In this document: positions 59,940-64,000 of the stretch, piece by piece
How the letters are laid out: every line of letters starts with the position of its first letter
Position numbering within the stretch: the stretch's first letter is position 1
Origin: Candidatus Limnocylindrus sp.
GTDB taxonomy: Bacteria; Chloroflexota; Limnocylindria; Limnocylindrales; Limnocylindraceae
Reading direction: 5' to 3'
DNA: 64,000 nucleotides
Assembly (NCBI GenBank): GCA_040397175.1
Contig: JBBAWM010000001.1
Coordinates: 377,976 to 441,975, forward strand
Notes under the pieces: generated by a model
What the model was told of the DNA's origin: nothing
Seen by the model: only the letters and a program-made list of their open reading frames with translations
Database searches by the model: none
Position numbers and translations under genes: made by a program

Positions 59940-61812
59940 GCGGCTCCCGGCGCCGATCGTTCCCGACGCGATTGCGGCAGCGCTCAAGGTCCTCCCCGAC
60001 GCGCCCGGCGTCTATCTCCTCTCGGACAACGCAGGAAAGATCATCTATGTTGGAAAGGCGACGCACCTCACGCAGCGGGTTCGCAGCTACTGGCAGGCGG
60101 GTGGGGAGCCAGGCGCACACCGCATTCGCGATGCCATTGCCGAGGTTGCGACGCTGGACTGGACGGTTACCGATTCACCGAAGGAGGCGCTCCTTCTCGA
60201 GGCGACGCTGGTGCGGAGGCACCTACCCAAGTACAACATCCGGCTGCGCGACGATCGCAGCTACCCCTACATTCGCGTTACTGCCGATCCATACCCACGC
60301 ATCGAACGTACCCGCCGCCTTGTGCGCGACGGCTCACGTTACTTTGGCCCGTACACCACTCCAGGATCAGTGAACGCAGCCATGGAGGCGATCAAGCGCC
60401 TCTTTCAATTTCGGACCTGCGAGATTGCGATCAAGCCCATGGAGCGCGCACTTGAACGCCCCTGCCTCCTCTTCGATCTCAAGCGGTGTCAGGGCCCCTG
60501 CCTTGGCAACATTCCGGTTGCCGACTACCAGCGAGAGATCGACGGAGTGCAACTCTTTCTCGGGGGGCGCTCTCGCGCCGCAATCACCATGCTCACCACT
60601 CGTATGGAGTCTGCCGCTGAGCGCGAGGCATTCGAAGATGCCGCACGTATTCGCGATGCGGTGCTCTCACTTGAAACGACGCTTGACGAGCAGAAGGTAC
60701 CAACCTCGGGGCGAGCCGATGAAGACGTCCTCGGGATCGCGCGTCATGGGCGCCACGTAGCCATCGCTTGTTTCCAGATTCGTGACTCAGCCCTCGTCGG
60801 CCGCGATGTGCATCGGGTCGACGCTGGCGATTCCGGCGACGTTGAGTTGCTTGCTGGCTTTGCCGCGAGCTATTACGCCCGTGCGGGGGAGATTCCGCCC
60901 TCAATCGCAACTGCTGTTGAGGTGCCCGACAGAGAACTCTTGGAGTTCCTCTCGGCGCGACGTGAGGGTCGCGTTGAGATGCGCGTGCCACAGCGTGGCG
61001 ATCGCGCGCGTATCGTGCGCTTAGCGGAACGGAATGCCGAGGAGTGGCTCATCCGCCGCGAGGCGGAAGAGGACGCTGATCGTGAGCGAGCCGATGCTGC
61101 GCTCTCAGCGCTGTCCGTCGCGCTGAGCCTGGACGCCTCACCGACGCGAATTGAGTGCGTCGACGTCAGCACGATACAAGGGGCGTTCACGGTGTCGTCA
61201 CTCACCGTTGCCCAAGAGGGGCAGCTCGCGCCGAAGGAGTACCGTCGCTTCCGTATCAAGGGGGTAACGGGGCAAGATGATTTCGCCGCGCATGCCGAAG
61301 CGCTTACACGCCGCTTTGCTCGCTCGGCAAACGATGGTGCGAAACGGAGCGGTGAGGCGGAGTTGCGCGCCTGGAGCCTGCCAGACCTGCTCGTGATCGA
61401 TGGTGGCCGTGGCCAGGTGTCGGCTGCTGCGGCGGTGCTGGACGCCGCCGGTTTAACGATCCCGCTCGTGGGTCTCGCCAAGGAGCGCGAAGAGCTCTGG
61501 CCGCGTGACGCCACCGCGCCCATCCTGCTCCCTGCGACCGATCCGGGGCTGCGCCTACTGCAGCGTTTGCGCGACGAGGCCCATCGGTTCGCAATCGGGT
61601 ATCACCGCACGCTGCGCAGTCGGGCGGCGACCGCAAGTCGCCTTGACGGGATCCGCGGCCTCGGGCCAACGAAAAGAAAGGCACTACTGCGAACGTTCGG
61701 ATCAGCCGCGGGGATTGCCGCGGCACCCGTTGAGTCGCTCGTCGCGGTGCCAGGCGTAGATCACGCTCTCGCCGCACGGATCCTGGCGGCCCTTGGCGCA
61801 GATCGCGGCTGA
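59929..61812 (+). CDS. uvrC: Excinuclease ABC subunit C
   Basis: GIY-YIG (PGVY...IYVGKA), PKYNIRLRDD, RIECVDVS, IDGGRGQ, RDEAHRFA, HhH. Confidence 0.96.
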   Translation: MAPERLPAPIVPDAIAAALKVLPDAPGVYLLSDNAGKIIYVGKATHLTQRVRSYWQAGGEPGAHRIRDAIAEVATLDWTVTDSPKEALLLEATLVRRHLPKYNIRLRDDRSYPYIRVTADPYPRIERTRRLVRDGSRYFGPYTTPGSVNAAMEAIKRLFQFRTCEIAIKPMERALERPCLLFDLKRCQGPCLGNIPVADYQREIDGVQLFLGGRSRAAITMLTTRMESAAEREAFEDAARIRDAVLSLETTLDEQKVPTSGRADEDVLGIARHGRHVAIACFQIRDSALVGRDVHRVDAGDSGDVELLAGFAASYYARAGEIPPSIATAVEVPDRELLEFLSARREGRVEMRVPQRGDRARIVRLAERNAEEWLIRREAEEDADRERADAALSALSVALSLDASPTRIECVDVSTIQGAFTVSSLTVAQEGQLAPKEYRRFRIKGVTGQDDFAAHAEALTRRFARSANDGAKRSGEAELRAWSLPDLLVIDGGRGQVSAAAAVLDAAGLTIPLVGLAKEREELWPRDATAPILLPATDPGLRLLQRLRDEAHRFAIGYHRTLRSRAATASRLDGIRGLGPTKRKALLRTFGSAAGIAAAPVESLVAVPGVDHALAARILAALGADRG

Positions 61813-61849
61813 ACGGGTTTGACGGGCGCCCCTGCTAGGATTCGCAGCA

Positions 61850-63238
61850 ATGCGTAAGTACACCCCGTACCTGATCCTGGCTACAGCCCTTCTGGCGCTG
61901 GCAATTGACCTACTCCCGAATCTAAGCCTCCCCGCGAGTGGAACGGCAGGTGGTACCCGCCCAATCGAGACGAAGCTTGGCCTCGACCTTCGAGGGGGCC
62001 TCCGCGTTGAGTATCAGGTGCAACCTGTCGACGGCGTCAGCGCAACCGCCGCGGACCTTGCCACTATTCGAGACATCATCGAGCGCCGCGTGAACAGCAC
62101 CGGCGTTTCGGAGCCGCTCGTGCAAACGCAGGGGACCGACCGCATCGTGGTCGAGCTGCCTGGCGTCACCAACCCTGATTCCATCCGCGCCCTCCTGGGC
62201 ACCACCGGTCGCCTCGACCTTGTGCCGCTGCCGCGTGACGTCTACGGCTATTTCGATGCAGCAACGGGTCAGCCACACACCGGCGTCAAGCCAGTTCCAA
62301 CCGAGGGCGAAACGTTCAGCGACACCACCCTCAAGGCGCTCTTCTCCGGCGATCAAATCGATTCGTCCGCGGTGCAGATTGACCAATCGGGTCGGCGAGT
62401 CGTCTCATTCAAGCTGAAGTCGGTTGGTGCAGATCTGTTTGCAACATGGACGAAGGCGAACATCGGCTCGTACTTTGCGATAGTCCTCGATGGTGCCGTT
62501 AAATCGGCTCCGTATATCCAGAGCGCCATCACTGGGGGCGAGGCGCAGATTTCGGGCGGCGGTGCAAGCGGATTTGCGGCGGATGACGCGGCCAACCTTG
62601 TCACGATCCTGAAATTCGGCTCCCTTCCATTTCCGATCGCAGAGATTGGGGTCACCGACGTGAAAGCGACGCTGGGCGCGGCCTTCTTGGGTCAGGCGCT
62701 GTTCGCTGGCGCGGTGGGCATCCTGCTCGTCTTCCTCTTCATGTTGCTGCACTACCGCCTCGCGGGCGCCGTGGCCAATATCGCCCTCCTCTTCTACGTG
62801 ATCATCGTCTTGGCGATCTTCCGCCTCGTCCCTGTCACGCTCACCCTTGCCGGCATTGCTGGCTTCGTGCTCTCGATCGGTATGGCGGTAGATGCGAACA
62901 TCCTGATCTTTGAGCGCACGAAAGAGGAGCTGCGCATTGGGAAGGGGATCGCCCCGGCCGTAGAGGCAGGCTTCAGTCGCGCGTGGAATTCGATCCTCGA
63001 CTCCAACGTCTCTAGCCTGATTACCGCGTTCATCCTCTTCTATTTCGGCTCATCAACGATCAAGGGCTTCGCGCTTGTACTCATCATCGGTGTGCTCTGC
63101 TCACTCTTCACCGCGGTGACCGTGACGCGCCTGATCCTTCGAACCGTTATTGCACAGAAGCGCTTCTCTTCGCCATATCTTTACGGCACGGCGAAGGGCG
63201 ACCTTGACGCTCTCGATCGGGGGGTCATCCATGGATAA
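61850..63238 (+). CDS. secD: Protein translocase subunit SecD
   Basis: KLGLDLRGG, RRVNSTGVSEP, IVVELPG, GMAVDANILIFER, IKGFA. Confidence 0.97.
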   Translation: MRKYTPYLILATALLALAIDLLPNLSLPASGTAGGTRPIETKLGLDLRGGLRVEYQVQPVDGVSATAADLATIRDIIERRVNSTGVSEPLVQTQGTDRIVVELPGVTNPDSIRALLGTTGRLDLVPLPRDVYGYFDAATGQPHTGVKPVPTEGETFSDTTLKALFSGDQIDSSAVQIDQSGRRVVSFKLKSVGADLFATWTKANIGSYFAIVLDGAVKSAPYIQSAITGGEAQISGGGASGFAADDAANLVTILKFGSLPFPIAEIGVTDVKATLGAAFLGQALFAGAVGILLVFLFMLLHYRLAGAVANIALLFYVIIVLAIFRLVPVTLTLAGIAGFVLSIGMAVDANILIFERTKEELRIGKGIAPAVEAGFSRAWNSILDSNVSSLITAFILFYFGSSTIKGFALVLIIGVLCSLFTAVTVTRLILRTVIAQKRFSSPYLYGTAKGDLDALDRGVIHG

Positions 63239-64000
63239 GATCATCGCGCGCAAGCGCTGGTTTTTCCTCTTCTCGCTGCTCATCACGGTTCCAGGTCTGC
63301 TCTTTACGCTGGCAACTCCACTCTCGGGCGGCGCAGTTGGCCTGAAGTTCTCGATTGACTATACCGGTGGCACCATCTGGGAGTTCCGACCAGAGACTCC
63401 TGCCGATCCGCTGGTAGTGCAAGCGGCGGTTGCGAGTGCTGGCCACGAAGAGGCGACGGTTACCGAGGCTGGAACAGGCTTCCTTATTGTGCGAACAAAG
63501 CCCCTCGACCTGCAGGTTGGCCAGGATCAGATTACGGATGCTGGGGCAGAGCTCCAGAAGATCCGCACGGCGGTCGTCGCGGCCATCGGGCCTATTGCCG
63601 AGGAGGGCTCGGTCTCCACGGTCGGCCCCGTGATCAGCCAAGACTTGACGCAGCAGGCACTCCTGCTCGTCGTGCTCGGTTCAATCGGCATCTTGCTCTG
63701 GATGACCTACCGCTTCCGCAACCTTCGGTTCGGACTGGCCGCCCTTACCGCCCTCCTGCACGACGTGATTGTGACCATCGGATTCTTTGCGATCGCAGGC
63801 ACCGTCGCGGGAATCGAGATCGATGCCCTCTTCGTCACGGCAATGTTGACCATCATCGGCTTCTCGGTGCACGACACGATCGTGGTGTTTGACCGAATTC
63901 GTGAGAACCTCGTCCGCCACGCAGGTGCGCCCTTCGGCGATATCGTCAATCACTCCATCGTGCAGACGTTGGGTCGTTCGTTCAATACCACAGCAACGGT
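63231..64000 (+). CDS. secF: Protein translocase subunit SecF, 3'-truncated by window edge
   Basis: Not in the ORF track; manual translation gives MDKIIARKRWFF...SIDYTGGT...GFSVHDTIVVFDRIREN. Confidence 0.95.
   Translation, partial: MDKIIARKRWFFLFSLLITVPGLLFTLATPLSGGAVGLKFSIDYTGGTIWEFRPETPADPLVVQAAVASAGHEEATVTEAGTGFLIVRTKPLDLQVGQDQITDAGAELQKIRTAVVAAIGPIAEEGSVSTVGPVISQDLTQQALLLVVLGSIGILLWMTYRFRNLRFGLAALTALLHDVIVTIGFFAIAGTVAGIEIDALFVTAMLTIIGFSVHDTIVVFDRIRENLVRHAGAPFGDIVNHSIVQTLGRSFNTTAT

Overview
High-GC, very compact bacterial chromosome segment made almost entirely of housekeeping genes, many joined by ATGA/GTGA overlaps. Order: dcw cluster (ftsI 3' part, murF, mraY, murD, ftsW, murG, murB, ddl, ftsQ, ftsA, ftsZ, yggS, yggT; no murE, murC or sepF); tRNA-Val; acnA; Nudix hydrolase; orphan family-5 binding lipoprotein; split glutaminase + nadE; rsmI; ssb; metG; tatD; CIRCE-groES-groEL-katG; pcrA-ligA; gatC-gatA-aminotransferase-gatB; a minus-strand three-gene unit (CoA-binding protein, unknown 248-aa protein, FrlD-like PfkB kinase); dnaE; menA-like; two tRNA-Leu; ECF sigma/anti-sigma; polA-mutM-ABC-F-coaE-uvrB-uvrA-orf-uvrC; secD-secF (partial). 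FtsA, CIRCE, GatCAB and no lpxC fit a monoderm non-actinobacterium, possibly Chloroflexota (inference only). I saw no CRISPR array, integrase, transposase or prophage. Best leads: (1) the CoA-binding/unknown/FrlD-like operon, whose unknown protein carries NADAR-like motifs in reversed order; (2) a MetRS whose HIGH motif reads GLHT; (3) a recurrent TANNNT-N6-8-start leaderless promoter layout, including stop codons reused as -10 boxes and two 35-bp divergent promoters; (4) an aminotransferase coupled inside gatCAB; (5) an ECF-type promoter inside the sigma gene. All functional calls come from recognising motifs by eye; no searches were run.
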